A DNA stretch of 64,000 nucleotides from Antedon mediterranea. Lineage: Eukaryota; Animalia; Echinodermata. The position numbers were made by a program, and so were the translations under genes. The stretch is taken from the NCBI RefSeq assembly GCF_964355755.1, contig NC_092672.1, positions 9,114,001-9,178,000 of the forward strand. Reading direction: 5' to 3'. Under the pieces are notes generated by a model, which saw only the letters and a list, made by a program, of their open reading frames with translations, was not told the origin of the DNA and did no database searches. Positions within the stretch are counted from its first letter, which is position 1; the number at the start of each line of letters is the position of its first letter. Of the stretch, positions 28,001 through 41,102 are shown piece after piece.

Positions 28001-31000
28001 TATTCCACTTATTGAACCTAGACGTCTGACTCAATTCTGGTCTAAAGATAGACTTTATATTGTTGTCGCTAATGCGTAAGTACAAATACTGTATAGGCCT
28101 ACAGGAACATTTTGAACGTTATATTTTTATACAATATATTCCTGAAAATTTTTTAAATAGTGTAAGTTTTCCATTTGAACTTATATATAATATTGAATGT
28201 TTTGATTGATATTCTGTTTTACAACCAGCAATTAACTTCTTTTAATATCTGTTTGTAAAAACACAATAAAGATAACTTGAACTTGAAAATTTAAAATAGC
28301 ATTAGGTCTAACAGTAAAATAAACTTGTTTCGTTGAAGTAATCATACATTTTAATTTTTGTATATTATCTTATAATATTTATATATGTCTCCGAGCAAAA
28401 GGTTCCGGGCTCGAATATTGGCTGGGACAACTTTTCCTCATTCTCACAGATTTCCTCATCTGTATCTTTTCAAATTAATTAACTAATTTTCAGTATATCA
28501 CCGGACGGTTTAGAGAATTAATGGTATATAACTGTAGTGTTTATAGGTCTATATATAAATAATAACATCCAAAATGGCAGTCGATCGGAACATTTTTGGA
28601 GAGCGATATTTACTAATTTAGCCCAAAAAAGAACTTGAATTAGCTTTAGATTGTTAACTTTGTATGATAATGGGAACAACTTGACAACAACACGTAGAAT
28701 CATTAAGAAAAAAAACAGAATTTGTCAGTTTCGGTTGCCTGCGATGTTTCATATCGCTAGCCTGTGCTATCTATGTCTAGGTATGTTGTTCCACTGTTGA
28801 CATAATTCACAGTAGGTGTGCTATAAAACAAATTAATACTATGATGATTTGTTTATTCGTGAAATGATATAAATAAGTTCACCTCATAAATTTTCTTTTA
28901 TTTTAATTTGTTGTGTTCAGCGTATCGCCAGAGGGTCTTTATGTGTTTAAATATAACGTACAGATGTCTACGTATGAACAGATGCAGTTCATAGAAGATA
29001 GTTTAGTTTTGCGTGTTAGAGTATTTACTACTGAAGATGGTGTGTATGTTTCAAAAGCAAAGTTTTATTCTACCGATCCAATGCACGTGTACCGCTTCAA
29101 TCCAGAAACTGGTAGGCTAAACACTACTTTTAGACATAACGTACACATATAAGATTTGTATTAATTATTACCCATTTATATTAGAATATATTATTTATTA
29201 CCATTTCAATATCCATACTTTAGACTGACTGACTCTTAGTTATGCACAATTCAATATAGAATCCTAATTACTATATGAGTTAAATTTATGATTAATTTTA
29301 ATCGTATTGAGAGAAATGCATCTGTAACAAATTTACTACCAATAAGTCTATAGCTTTTCAGATGACAAGGCCTATACACGCGTAGGACGTCTTTCTTCAA
29401 AATCCAATTTTTTCACCCACAAATCCTCCGTTTACTAAGCAAACAAACTAAAAGAACGTCGAGATGATTCAAATTTGTTGGCATGAGGCCTAACTATGTT
29501 ATATAGTGGCGCTTTATGATATTTTTAATAATTTACTGGATTGTGGGGTATCGGTGACACAATCGTGGAAGTAATGTACGCTTGAACATCATAAAGATCT
29601 CGCACCCATCTATGCGCCGCCTCATTACGCCTCAGGCCTCATATGTATTATTCACAAGGCAAGAACTCAGAAGAAATAACATTTTGTTCAAAAGCAAAAC
29701 AAAAATATATTGCTAATTTTTCTTTGATAAAGAACAATTTGAGGATACATTCACAATTGAATGTGGTTATTGCTCGACATCGTTTTTTCAAGATAGTCGA
29801 GGAGACTCAAGTTTGTTCGTTGCCCGATTTCAAAATCCAGACAAAACTACAAACTCGGAAATGTATTCATTTACAAGAGATGCCATTGGTGGAGAATACA
29901 GTCAGGTAGGTTTTTTCCGTTAATGTAATTCTAAGATACTCAGAGTGGTGTCTCAATCAATATTATTTACTCGTGTATGGGCATTTGATGATGATCCAAG
30001 AAAGATCATGACTTGTTTTACGTAATTACTTCAGTATTAATAACCGACTCTAAATAATTAAATATAAGGTCAAGAGGTCAGATTTCTTAGGTAAAACGTT
30101 CATTGTATACCAGACAACATATAGTACTATAGGGCCTACTAGACAACATGTTTACGTTACATGCTATTAAATACAAATAAAAATGAAAAAGAATTTTTAT
30201 TATTCTTCTTTGAGTTAATTGAAACAAATGGAATAGATGACTCGCATATGTTTGAAATTGACGGAAGTAACTATCTAGTAATGGCACAGACACGCAATAC
30301 AGGTGGAGATCTCCAAGACACGTTGATCTATCGGCAACGTCACGATTACGGTAAGGAACATTCAAATATCCACTCAGACCAATCGCCTCCGGCCCATGTG
30401 CAAATTAGTTTAATAATACTATACTTGGCCAAATATAAACAATAGGCCTATAGAAATATATTACGTCATAGAATAAAAATGTTCAATTGTTTAGTAACTT
30501 GGAATGTTAAATAGCAGGCTCGTGTAGTTCAAATTGAAAAAGTTAGCATTTTAAAATGTGAGACCAAATAAACTAATTACCTAACGTTATGCCCTAGATT
30601 ACAAAGTTTATAAAAATACAAATGATAACTTTTTCTTTATGTTGTGTCTTTTTTAGGAAAACCAGCAACGGCGTCAGTGTTTGCGATTTTTATTCAAAGT
30701 AAAGGTGAATTTTATAATAAAAACAAGTTTGTAATTTTGAAATCATCTGATTAGTAATGTTAGTGATGTTTCTGGTGATCTAAAAATTAAAGAAAATAAA
30801 ATTAACATTCACAATTAAATATTTTTGATAATAATTTAATAAATAATAACTACGAAATATCTGTTACGGTCTTGAAATCTTCGTGTGATGTTTAGTTTTC
30901 TTCGTGAGTATTGTTTGTTGTATATGAAATTGTTATTTTGAAATGATCAATCTATCAATCAATCAATCATCAATCAATCAATCAATCAATTACGCACATT

Positions 31001-34000
31001 TATTTTTTTCGAGTCAAGTCAAACAGGCTACACTCAGTATCTAGTTAATTACATTATACTGTAGGTTTATATTTCTTTTTCGTCTGTTGTACTTTATCTA
31101 ATAATACTAGGCCTAATCTTTGTCAAATACCTTGTACAGGATATATACCTATAATAATATAATTAATTCATAACTTTAGAAGACTTTAACACTAATTGAA
31201 CCCATCATATTCTATGAAACACAAACATAACCTAGAAGCATGTTCAAAACATGTGTTTCAAAAATAGTCACTGTTAGCACATTACAAATAATTTATTTAC
31301 CTATGTTTGCCAATGTTTCAGAATGCTATACTGCTACTGATGGTGTTGATTATCAAGGTATAGTAAGTACCACCACTGACGGTTACACGTGTCAAAAGTG
31401 GACAGACCAAACGCCTCATACACATAGCTACTCACCAGAAGCAGCGCCTGGTTTCGGTTTAGGAGACCACAACTATTGCCGTAACCCTAGTAGTCACACT
31501 CAGCCCTGGTGTTACACAACTTCTGCAGAGAGGTGGCAAAACTGTGATGTTGGATCTCCAGTGACAAGTTGTAGTAGGTTAACGTTTAATGCTTCAGCCA
31601 TTACATTTCTTTTCAAATGGGCGGCGTTTTTCTCGCACATATTTGCCTCTATCGTATTGGTATTATTATGGTATCAGTTTTAACTAAGAAAACCTCGTGG
31701 CAAATAAGATCAGGCTTTTATTTTATTTTATTTACATTTATTCAAAATGTGTTGAACAAGTGAGATACAGTTGTGTCCAAGTAGTGGTTAGTTCAAGGTG
31801 TTCTGAAGAATAGGAAGAGTTGCGACAGGTTTATAGATTGTTAATGTATTTGAATGAAAATATTATTTAAATCACCAGTAGGTAGATTTCATACTGTATG
31901 AGGTTAGTAATCCTAGAGGGGTGGTTGTCCTGAGGGTATTTGTTATTGGGGGGCGTGGGTGTTGTCCTGGGGGGCTGTAGTTGTTCTGCTGGGTAGTTAT
32001 CCTAAAGTAATTTAATATTGTTCGGATGGTAATTGTCCAGCTAGGATATAGTTGTCCTAGTCAATCGACTTCAACCGGAGTGGCATATTAAGTTTTCTGA
32101 CTGACGGCAAATGCTTTTATATACAGACCCATGGACACCCTGGTTCAACCGTGACAATCCTTCAGGTAGTGGAGATTGGGAAACTGTTTCAGACTTGTAC
32201 AGCGTAAGTAATATTATATACATAACATCAAAATCATTTTCACCATTATTGAGAATGAATACCTATTCTTACTTAGTCCGGGACATACCCGAACTTATTT
32301 GACTAGATTCCTATTCGATAAAAACAAATTGTGAAAGTAAATCTGTTAAATACTGTATGCATGAAGTGTCCCATTAACTTTTGACCAAAAGTAGGATCGA
32401 AAAAAAAAAAATTACCTGCCAAAAAATGGGATTTTTTTTTCTGCCAAAAGGATTAACTTGGTTAAAACTACAAAATGGCCTTTTCAGAATCTGATTTTAT
32501 CCTTCTTCTTTAACCTATATCATTCCTAGGAGAATCCAAGTATAATGTGTGATAATCCAACAGCTATTGAATGTCAAACAATTAACGGGTTACCTTACAC
32601 TTCTACTGGAGAAATTGTTAGTTGCACTACATATGGTCTTGTTTGTAAAAATGAAGACCAAACAGTTGGCGAATGTAGTGATTATCGAGTTCGTTTTTTT
32701 TGTCCAGGTTAGTAGTTACTAACAACAATTCAAAATAAATCTAGTTAAAATGTAGACCTAAAAATAGCCAAAATGCGTAATAATTGATGGTGCAATAAGA
32801 ACGCGTCCATGTGATTAGTACGGTCCTTACGGACCTTAGTCGTCGGTTCTTCTTAAGTTAAATTAAAGGTACCGTTTTTACTAATTTTAATGTTGTAATT
32901 TAAAAATGACATGATGTTCATTTCTCTCCTTTTATACCATGCGTAGCCAAAGGTAAGTGAGTTTTTGATTTGATGGCATTCAGTTCTTCGTTTAGATTCT
33001 TCCGATTGCTAAAGCTAATTAATTTGTTCAAAGCAAAAGTGTAAGTATGTCAGGTAGTTCACAATTAGACGCTTGGCCGTCTTCTCTCAACCGCTTGGCC
33101 ATCTTCTGTCAACCGCTTGGCCATCTTCTCTCAACCGCTTGGCCATCTTCTCTCAACCGCTTGGCCATCTTCTCTCAACCACTTGGTAATCTTCTCTCAA
33201 CCCTCAACCACTTGGCCATCTTCTCTCAACCGTTTTGCCGTCTTCTCTCAACTGCTTGGCCGTCTTCTCTCAACCGCTTGGCCATCTTCTCTCAAACGCT
33301 TGGCCATTTTCTCTCAACCGATTGGTCATCTTCTCTCAACCCTCAACCGTTTTGCCATCTTCTCTCAACCGCTTGGCCGTCTTCTCTCAACTGCTTGGCC
33401 GTCTTCTCTCAACTGCTTGGCCATCTTCTCTCAAACGCTTGGCCGTCTTCTCTCAACCGCTTGGCCATCTTCTCTCAAACGCTTGGCCGTCTTCTCTCGA
33501 ATGCTTGGCCGTCTTCTCTCAACCGCTTGGCCGTCTTCTCTCAACCGCTTGGCCATCTTCTCTCAAACGCTTGGCCATCTTCTCTCAAACGCTTGGCCAT
33601 TTTCTCTCAACCGATTGGTAATCTTCTCTCAACCCTCAACCACTTGGCCATCTTCTCTCAACCGTTTTGCCATCTTCTCTCAACCGCTTGGCCATCTTCT
33701 CTCAAACGCTTGGCCGTCTTCTCTCAACCGCTTGGCCGTCTTCTCTCAACCGCTTGGCCGTCTTCTCTCAACCGCTTGGCCGTCTTCTCTCAACCGCTTG
33801 GCCATCTTCTCTCAAACGCTTGGCCATCTTCTCTCAACCGCTTGGCCATCTTCTCTCAACCGCTTGGCCATCTTCTCTCAACCGCTTGGCCATCTTCTCT
33901 CAAACGCTTGGCCATTTTCTCTCAACCGATTGGTAATCTTCTCTCAACCGCTTGGCCGTCTTCTCTCAACCGCTTGGTCATCTTCTCTCAATCGCTTGGC

Positions 34001-37000
34001 CATCTTCTCTCAACCGCTTGGTCATCTTCTCTGAACCGCTAGGCCATCTCCTGTCAGCCGCTTGGCCATCTTCTTTCAACGGCTTGGCCGTCTTCTCTCA
34101 ACCGCTTGGCCATCTTCTCTCAATCGCTTGGCCATCTTCAATTCTATCAACTTCTTAACCATCTTCTCTCAACCGCTTGGCCATCTTCTCTCAATCGCTT
34201 TGGCCGTCTTTTTTCAACCACTTGGCCATCTTCTCTCAACCATTTGGCCGTCTTTTTAACCGCTTGGCCGTCTTCTCTCAATCATTGTTCATTTTCTCTT
34301 AACCACATGTCCATCTCTCAACCTCGATTGATTCACACCGTAACGCCGGGAATTCCTCAAATTACAACTACATTTCATTTTCCCTCCTTTTTACTGTAAG
34401 TCGTTGACAATTTCAAATAACATATCATTTCTTTTTTCCTTCCCATCATATGGGTAGCCAAAAGTAAGTTATTTTTATTTAATTCAACACGCATGCCACA
34501 GCATCGTCATAATCATCATCATCATTATCAACAGCACAACTCAGGCTTGTATATTTTAATACAGTATTCCAAAAACTAAAATGATCTTACGTTACAGCTT
34601 GGATACTTGTGTATAAAGCTGTTTCCGGTGTAAATAACGTTGACCTGTATGATTTGTGGAACACAGCAGGATCAAGGAATGAAGGAAACCAAGATGCTAT
34701 GAAGCTTGATGATTCCTTCAGAGACCATTACAAAAGCAGCCTAGTTGACGCCTGGCATAAGGTTTTAAAGGTAAGTTTACAAACAACATGCATACATTGC
34801 CCCTCCTCTGTTCTTGCTACGAGCCTAATATATAATGATGATTTCATACTCATTTTTTGAAGGTGAAAATTGCTCTATACGACAATGGAAAGTCTAAATT
34901 GTCGCTAATATTCAACGCTGTGGGCGCTACTAAAACTGAATGGTTCACCAAAGAAAGGCTGTTGAATTACCCGTGGAAAGACCTTCGTACTAAAACACCA
35001 GCAAAGTTTCTAATGGTCTACACAAGGTTAGTTATTCTTTTAATCGTACTATGTAAACTACTGCACTCACTAGAGTTATAAACAAATATACAAAACAGAA
35101 AATTGTCAACAGCAACAAATTATAACAAGGACAACAACGGGTGACAAAATTTAAATTAGATATTACGGTACGGACACCAACCCAATAAAGAATTTAGATT
35201 AGAGAAAAAGACGACAAACTGTATGAATATTCTGGGGAAAACCATGTCATCAATTATCCGATTAACAAACTGAGTTTCCAAAAAACTTATTTAAATTGGC
35301 AAATTGGGCTTTGGTTAATTATGTTTTGGTAAATTGAATTTTGGTAAAACTAGGTTTTTGCAAAGTTTGAATACCGTAGACTATTAATAAGGCAGACTGG
35401 TTCAGCCAAAGTACAGTAAATTAATAGTATTAATTATTCTGTATACAGTAGCAATGGAGGGCGATATTGGAATATATATGATACTTGGGGTGATTGCAAC
35501 AATCGCAAAGTGTGGCTGTCCATATTACCATTTCCGGGATGTAGTTTTGAACTGACAGAACCTCAACCAATGTTTATGTATTCTGATCGGAAAACGTCAA
35601 TAACGCCCAAAGCAGAGGGTAAGCTGATAAAAGTATCAACGACATTTAATATTACAACAAAAATAAGTTTTTTTTCTCTTATTATGCTTTTTTTATTTCG
35701 TAATGTTTCAACATACAAAGATGTGATGACAAATTCGAATAGTTTTACACCATATAAAACAAACTCAAAGTTTTGGCAATTTAAAAGCAACTTGTTACCG
35801 GTATTTAAAAGTCTATTTGAAATATATACAATTCGTGAGATGCAGTTAGTAATGGCATAATGTCGGATATAGCGACTATAGAATGTAAGTTGGTCACATC
35901 TGATAATTAATTCAACAAAACACGTCTTATATGATAGTGTGTTCAAATTACAAAAGAACATCGATGATATTGTGTAGGCCTATAGTATTACAGTTTTACT
36001 TTAAATTATATATATATATATACATTTTATAGTTATTATAAACTCGTACCTCGATAACGGGGCTGAGAAAGCGCTTTCCAGTTACATTTTGAAGTCGCCT
36101 GGTGTAACAGCATGGGATTGTCTTGACCTCTGCCGTGGTTTGGATTACAAATATGCTGGTGTTAATAACAAGCACACTGAGTGTTATTGTGGTGACGGTT
36201 ATAATTCTGGCGGAACAACATCTTTCGAGGAACGTTCTCAATCCGACGTAACGCTTATGATGAACACAGGTAGGCCATGTGAATGTTTTAAAATGTTATT
36301 GCTCAGAATTCCATTAAATTTACTTTATATCAGAAAAGAGTTGCTTTATATTGTGTTTAAAGAAGAGATGAAGGACTAGATTAAAATTAAACATCCATGG
36401 TTTCGTCCATATTAGGAAAGTATAAGGTTAGTAGTGGTTAGGTACAATTTGTTGAAGGTGTAACTGATAGGTGTATGTACAAAAGGAAGGCACGGTAGAA
36501 GAACTGAATGGATAATTCAATGGAGAGGTGGTCTGACTGAAGACAAACATGCGGCTTTCGAACGTCTACAGTCCAACTAAGGACAAGGATTTGTAATAAC
36601 AATGACTTATAACTGGTAACAACGACTCGGTTAACTGCAAACCTTTATAAATCCTTAATCTGATTGTATTTTCATTAATATTTGTTAGACGCTTTAAATA
36701 CAGCAATTTTAACGAGTTTTAAAGTTGAGTTGACAGAAAACTCTATCATGCTTTGTCTTTGAACATTTACTTTTAAATCCACTATGTATTTAGGTATCTG
36801 ATTTACATTTTGCCTCTTTTAGTGCAACCATGGGAATTACATCAGACGATTTCGGACACAAATTATCCAAAGAAGGCGGATTCCTTTGAACATAACGGAA
36901 ATTATTATATAATTGTACAAAGCACGCAAAGCAGTGAAGCACGGCCATTACACACTCATGTATATAAATATAGAAAATCAACCGAGCTTTTTGAACCACA

Positions 37001-37609
37001 CCAGTTGATAGATAGCTCGTACCGTTTCTACACGTTTACATTAGTAGAGGTAAATGTCACATTTCTTACATTTTAGTCATAGTAATGAAGAAGTATAAAT
37101 ATAAAATACAGGGAAAATGGTACTCCCATCATTGTTCCCCCTGAATTAAAGTTTAAATTAGAAGGAATCGTAATATTAAAAAAAAAAATCATGTTGACCT
37201 ATTATGGCAAGTGTATCATTCGTAAACAAATTCATTCATCTTAAAACAATAATTGCGTTGTTTTAGATATAATTTTAGTGGCACATGATTAGTACAGTAT
37301 TTTGTTAAAATGTTGTGTTTAAATACAGACTAAAACTATTTTAATTTACAGGCTTACAAGCAATGGTACTTGATATTTCCACCAATAAATGATATTTCAA
37401 CCAATAGTATCAGTAGCCTGAAGGCAGCGTTCTATCGGTTAGAAGGCAATTACTTCATAAAGCATTTTGAGAAGGAAACGTGTAGTGGTTATGGATGGGG
37501 CAGCTTTACCGTGAATAATGACGTGTATATCATTGAGGGCAACAGATATGGGGAGCCATGTACCTCGTCTAATTCAAACGGCAATTTGAAGATATATAAA
37601 TGGATATGA
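25057..37609 (+). CDS. Array copy 3: as copy 1 plus a Mucin2 WxxW/CysD domain after the Kringle, about 953 aa
   Basis: Exons 25057-25389, 25841-25967, 27970-28075, 28921-29111, 29733-29905, 30215-30350, 30657-30704, 31322-31573 (Kringle), 32127-32203 and 32530-32707 (WTPWFNRDNPSGSGDWE...CDNPTAIEC...GLVCKNEDQ...CSDYRVRFFCP), 32947-32952, 34458-34463, 34598-34770, 34863-35026, 35449-35618, 36033-36269, 36823-37049, 37352-37609. Total 2862 nt, open frame. Confidence 0.85.
26385..27546. mobile_element. Foldback-like element: ~470-520 bp inverted arms built from 21-bp tandem repeats, ~170-bp spacer
   Basis: The left end ctatggaacgcctcctctgccttcagttcaca is the reverse complement of the right end. 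Both arms carry (gtcatgcagtacacaccaatc)n. Inner ends are tagacggctgtaaaacta / tagttttacagccgtcta. ctgc flanks both sides as a possible 4-bp TSD. Confidence 0.8.
33070..34290. repeat. 22-bp minisatellite (gcttggccatcttctctcaacc)n, intronic, between the two microexons of copy 3
   Basis: Direct inspection; it accounts for the overlapping repetitive ORFs. Confidence 0.95.
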
Positions 37610-37875
37610 TTATACATTATAAATGAATGGACAGATATGAACTTGTTCAACAATCATTTATATGGTAAATTGTAAATACCGACAATTGCTAATTTTACTA
37701 CATATAATATCTCTCCCATGTAAACATTATAAAACTATTAAATAGTTTACAGTATAACATTGTTGAAGAATGTAGGCAATAATTAGAAACTTTTGTAATA
37801 TAAATATGGCGTTTGTTAATGTAATTAAATTTTAATATATTTTGTAATTATATCAAATCAATTTTTGAGGAATTA

Positions 37876-38426
37876 TTAAAGATGTATTGTCCCTTGAAAT
37901 CCAAAAAAAATGAAGGTCAAAATATTCTAAAATTTAAATTGGACATATCAAAGTAATAATAAAGTTATTCACTTTAAGTCGAAAATTCAAGCCAAAAACA
38001 AGTTTACGTAATTAACAGGTAAATTAATTTGATTACATTTCATCTGGAAAATCGTCGCGAGCGAAAGTAAACAAAGATTTCAAACCACGAGTATGCATAT
38101 TATGCATGATGCTAATAAGGATTGTTTACAACTCGGTTGAGAGGGTTTTCACACAGATCGCGAGGAAGTTTTATGATTATGCTGCATACAGAGTAGCCAA
38201 TCAAGCGCGTTGCATTATGGGATATGTTTTGATCGAAAACTTTGACTGGAATTCAAAGTTATTTTTTTTAACAAAAAAACGTCTGTATTTCAGTTAAATT
38301 ATTTTTTTTTTAGACTCATTTTTGGTGAAAGTTAATAACTATTACGATTCTTCAAAATGACCCACTTTTTCGAAATCTTTTTCTTTTCTTTTTTTTTAAT
38401 TAGTCAAAGGGACAATACATCTTTAA
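37876..38426. mobile_element. MITE with TTAA TSD and AG...CT termini (Kolobok-like)
   Basis: ttaa-agatgtattgtccctt ... aagggacaatacatct-ttaa. Confidence 0.75.
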
Positions 38427-40180
38427 TATAGACGTTTGCCTTTTTGCAATCTTTTTATTGAGTCGGTATACACGTCTGCATCCTTGCCTAATGACCATAC
38501 AAATTTATTATACTACCAACATTTTGAAAGAAATGAATACAAAAATATATTGTACAAATCACTGGTTACGTTACCGTCTTCATAGAGACATATGGTAGCC
38601 ATCGACATAAAGTTGGCATTTGAATTAAAAGTGTACACAATATTTTGTAGAGTGACATACCACAATCATTGCAAATAATTTAGTCACAAAGTATTATTTT
38701 TTAACAAAGTTGGAACTTATGTAGTGGCATCTAGCTTGACTTTAAGTAATAATGGTATCTTCCGACGTCGTTGTATAGTATGTGTTGTGTAAAAACAAGT
38801 ATTTTGGTAGGATCTTCATTGTAATGACATGATCAGTTTGATCAATATTTTTGTTAAGCCGTGTAGTTAAAGTCATATTTAGGCTATGCTAATTACATAA
38901 TGATCTTTACATATCAAAGGACATGCCCTGTAGGCCTACTAGTCTAGGTTCTAGACTGTGTTTCGAATATTAGTAACAATATAAATATGTATGGGATGAC
39001 ATCTTCCACTTGTCTTCAGATAATAACTCTTTGCATATGTCAACTAATATATTGACACGGTTTAGCTGAATCGAGCTCAGTATAGTGGTAAATAAAGACA
39101 AAATGTACGCTATGAGAAATATTGTTATGTTACTTGCTTTATGGTTATTTGTGTTTATTAATATTCATAACACAATCATATTTATAACCTGAACTTATCC
39201 AAAAGCATAATATAGGCCTATTTTTTTATATAAAAACTTATATAAAAAGACTATCAATTACATGTTCGTTTCAATCAAAGGAACACACCGGTATATTTTA
39301 AATAAACCGGGCCTTTACATTTCATTTCATTATTTAATCGGTCTATTTCAGTGTATACATAACAAAAAAATGACATTGGGGAGACCAGGGTCAACCTAAG
39401 TGAACTAAATCACTGTAGATGAGCCGGTTGACCCAACCTCAAAGTCAATTTACACAACAATACACAAAAAGCAGTTAAAGCGAATCAAAATGAATGTGAA
39501 CTTTTCTAATGAAGGCTGATGGGCTTTCTAGGACTGCAGAAATGGTCTGGAAGCTGGTCCCCGACTCTATACTATCCCTATACCTCTATGTTCGTAAAAT
39601 AAATTTGTAACTATAAGAAAATTAATAATATTATAATTTTCTTTGAATTCGTACAATACAAGTGAGGTTAATGATTGTTTATACCTATGCAATTTAATAT
39701 GTTTTTCAATTTAGTCCAAAATATACTTGATTCTGCTACAATAAAAGTAAATAACATATTACAAAAAATAAAAAGATACCATATTTACTCCATTATGAAT
39801 AATATGTCAATTTCAGTGTGTGAGTAATTCAGCTTTTTGTCGTAAAAAGGTAAACTACCTGTTTCTATGGCAAGTAGTTTTTCAATGGCACTGGCAAACA
39901 GAACGATTTTACAAAACCGGATTTTCGATTTTCAAGCTCGGTGTTTAATACGGCTTGGAGAAATTACTTTAAACATGGTTTGTACATGCTTATTTTGTTT
40001 TAAAACAATAGAGCATATAATGATAAGTATGAATTGTTAATTTGTATTTATCGACCGAAGGATGTTGCAATTTATATAGGCATATAGAGCTACGCATTAA
40101 TGAAATATTTATTGATTATACTAGTATATAGTTAAGGAAGTATGTTTCTACGGTATTGATTCTGGATAATATGCACCGGA

Positions 40181-40258
40181 ACAACGGATTGACGTATTCA
40201 TAGTAACAACGGATTGACGTATTCATAGTAACAACGGATTGACGTATTCATAGTAACA
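40181..40258. repeat. 25-bp tandem repeat, 3 copies (aacaacggattgacgtattcatagt)
   Basis: Direct inspection. Confidence 0.85.
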
Positions 40259-40457
40259 GCAGAACGATGTATTCATTTTAATAGGAAAACATCTTAATAG
40301 TAATGCCTAAACTACACCAGGCCTCGTGTGAGATAAGAAAAAAATATTAAGACCCGTTAAACCACTAAGGCTCTCATGTTATGGTAGGCCTTCCACATTT
40401 TCATTTTCATGAACTGGGATATTGTTATAAACCATCAGGATAATAATAACATCATAG

Positions 40458-40625
40458 TTCTAATATTTCTAATATTTTTAATATTTCTAATATTTTTAAT
40501 ATTTCTAATATTTCTAATATTTCTAATATTTCTAATATTTCTAATATTTCTAATATTTCTAATATTTCTAATATTTTTAATATTTCTAATATTTCTAATA
40601 TTTCTAATATTTCTAATATTTCTAG
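40458..40625. repeat. 9-bp tandem repeat (ttctaatat)n
   Basis: Direct inspection. Confidence 0.9.
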
Positions 40626-41102
40626 TACAGTATTTCTAATATGTAAATTAATAATCTAAAATATGAAGAATAACATAAATCGGTTTCTTCTGTTTACCAA
40701 TTATAAAATTAATTTTCTGGGAGTGATGTATTGATATACCGTAATACAGAAATACTTAGGCCTATAACGCATAGTAAAACAAAAAACTGTATGTTTATAC
40801 TCTTTCTAAAATAATGGTATATTATACAAATAACGAGTGTTCATTAGTTGAATGGTGAGAATATTCCATAGTATTGTAATATCTAAATATAATCATATCT
40901 ACTGAACGACACCCGGGCAATAAAAAATATATAAATAAGGGAATAGACATTTCTTTACATTTCAATACAATAATATAGGTCTAGGTCTAGATTAAATCAT
41001 ACGAGATAAAGTAATATTGATTTATTTATTGATTTATAAATTCAATAACTTAATTAAATTGTTTTTAACGCACGAACGTTAGGCTGTCTGTCCATTATTT
41101 TA

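Noticed and set aside
33047-34399. Overlapping 300-aa ORFs
   Set aside because: Translations of the 22-bp minisatellite.
36535-36575. Hammerhead-like ctgaaga...gaacgtc
   Set aside because: Stem II is weak and the GAAA core is incomplete.
40409-40639. Hydrophobic (LIF)n ORF
   Set aside because: Translation of a 9-bp tandem repeat.
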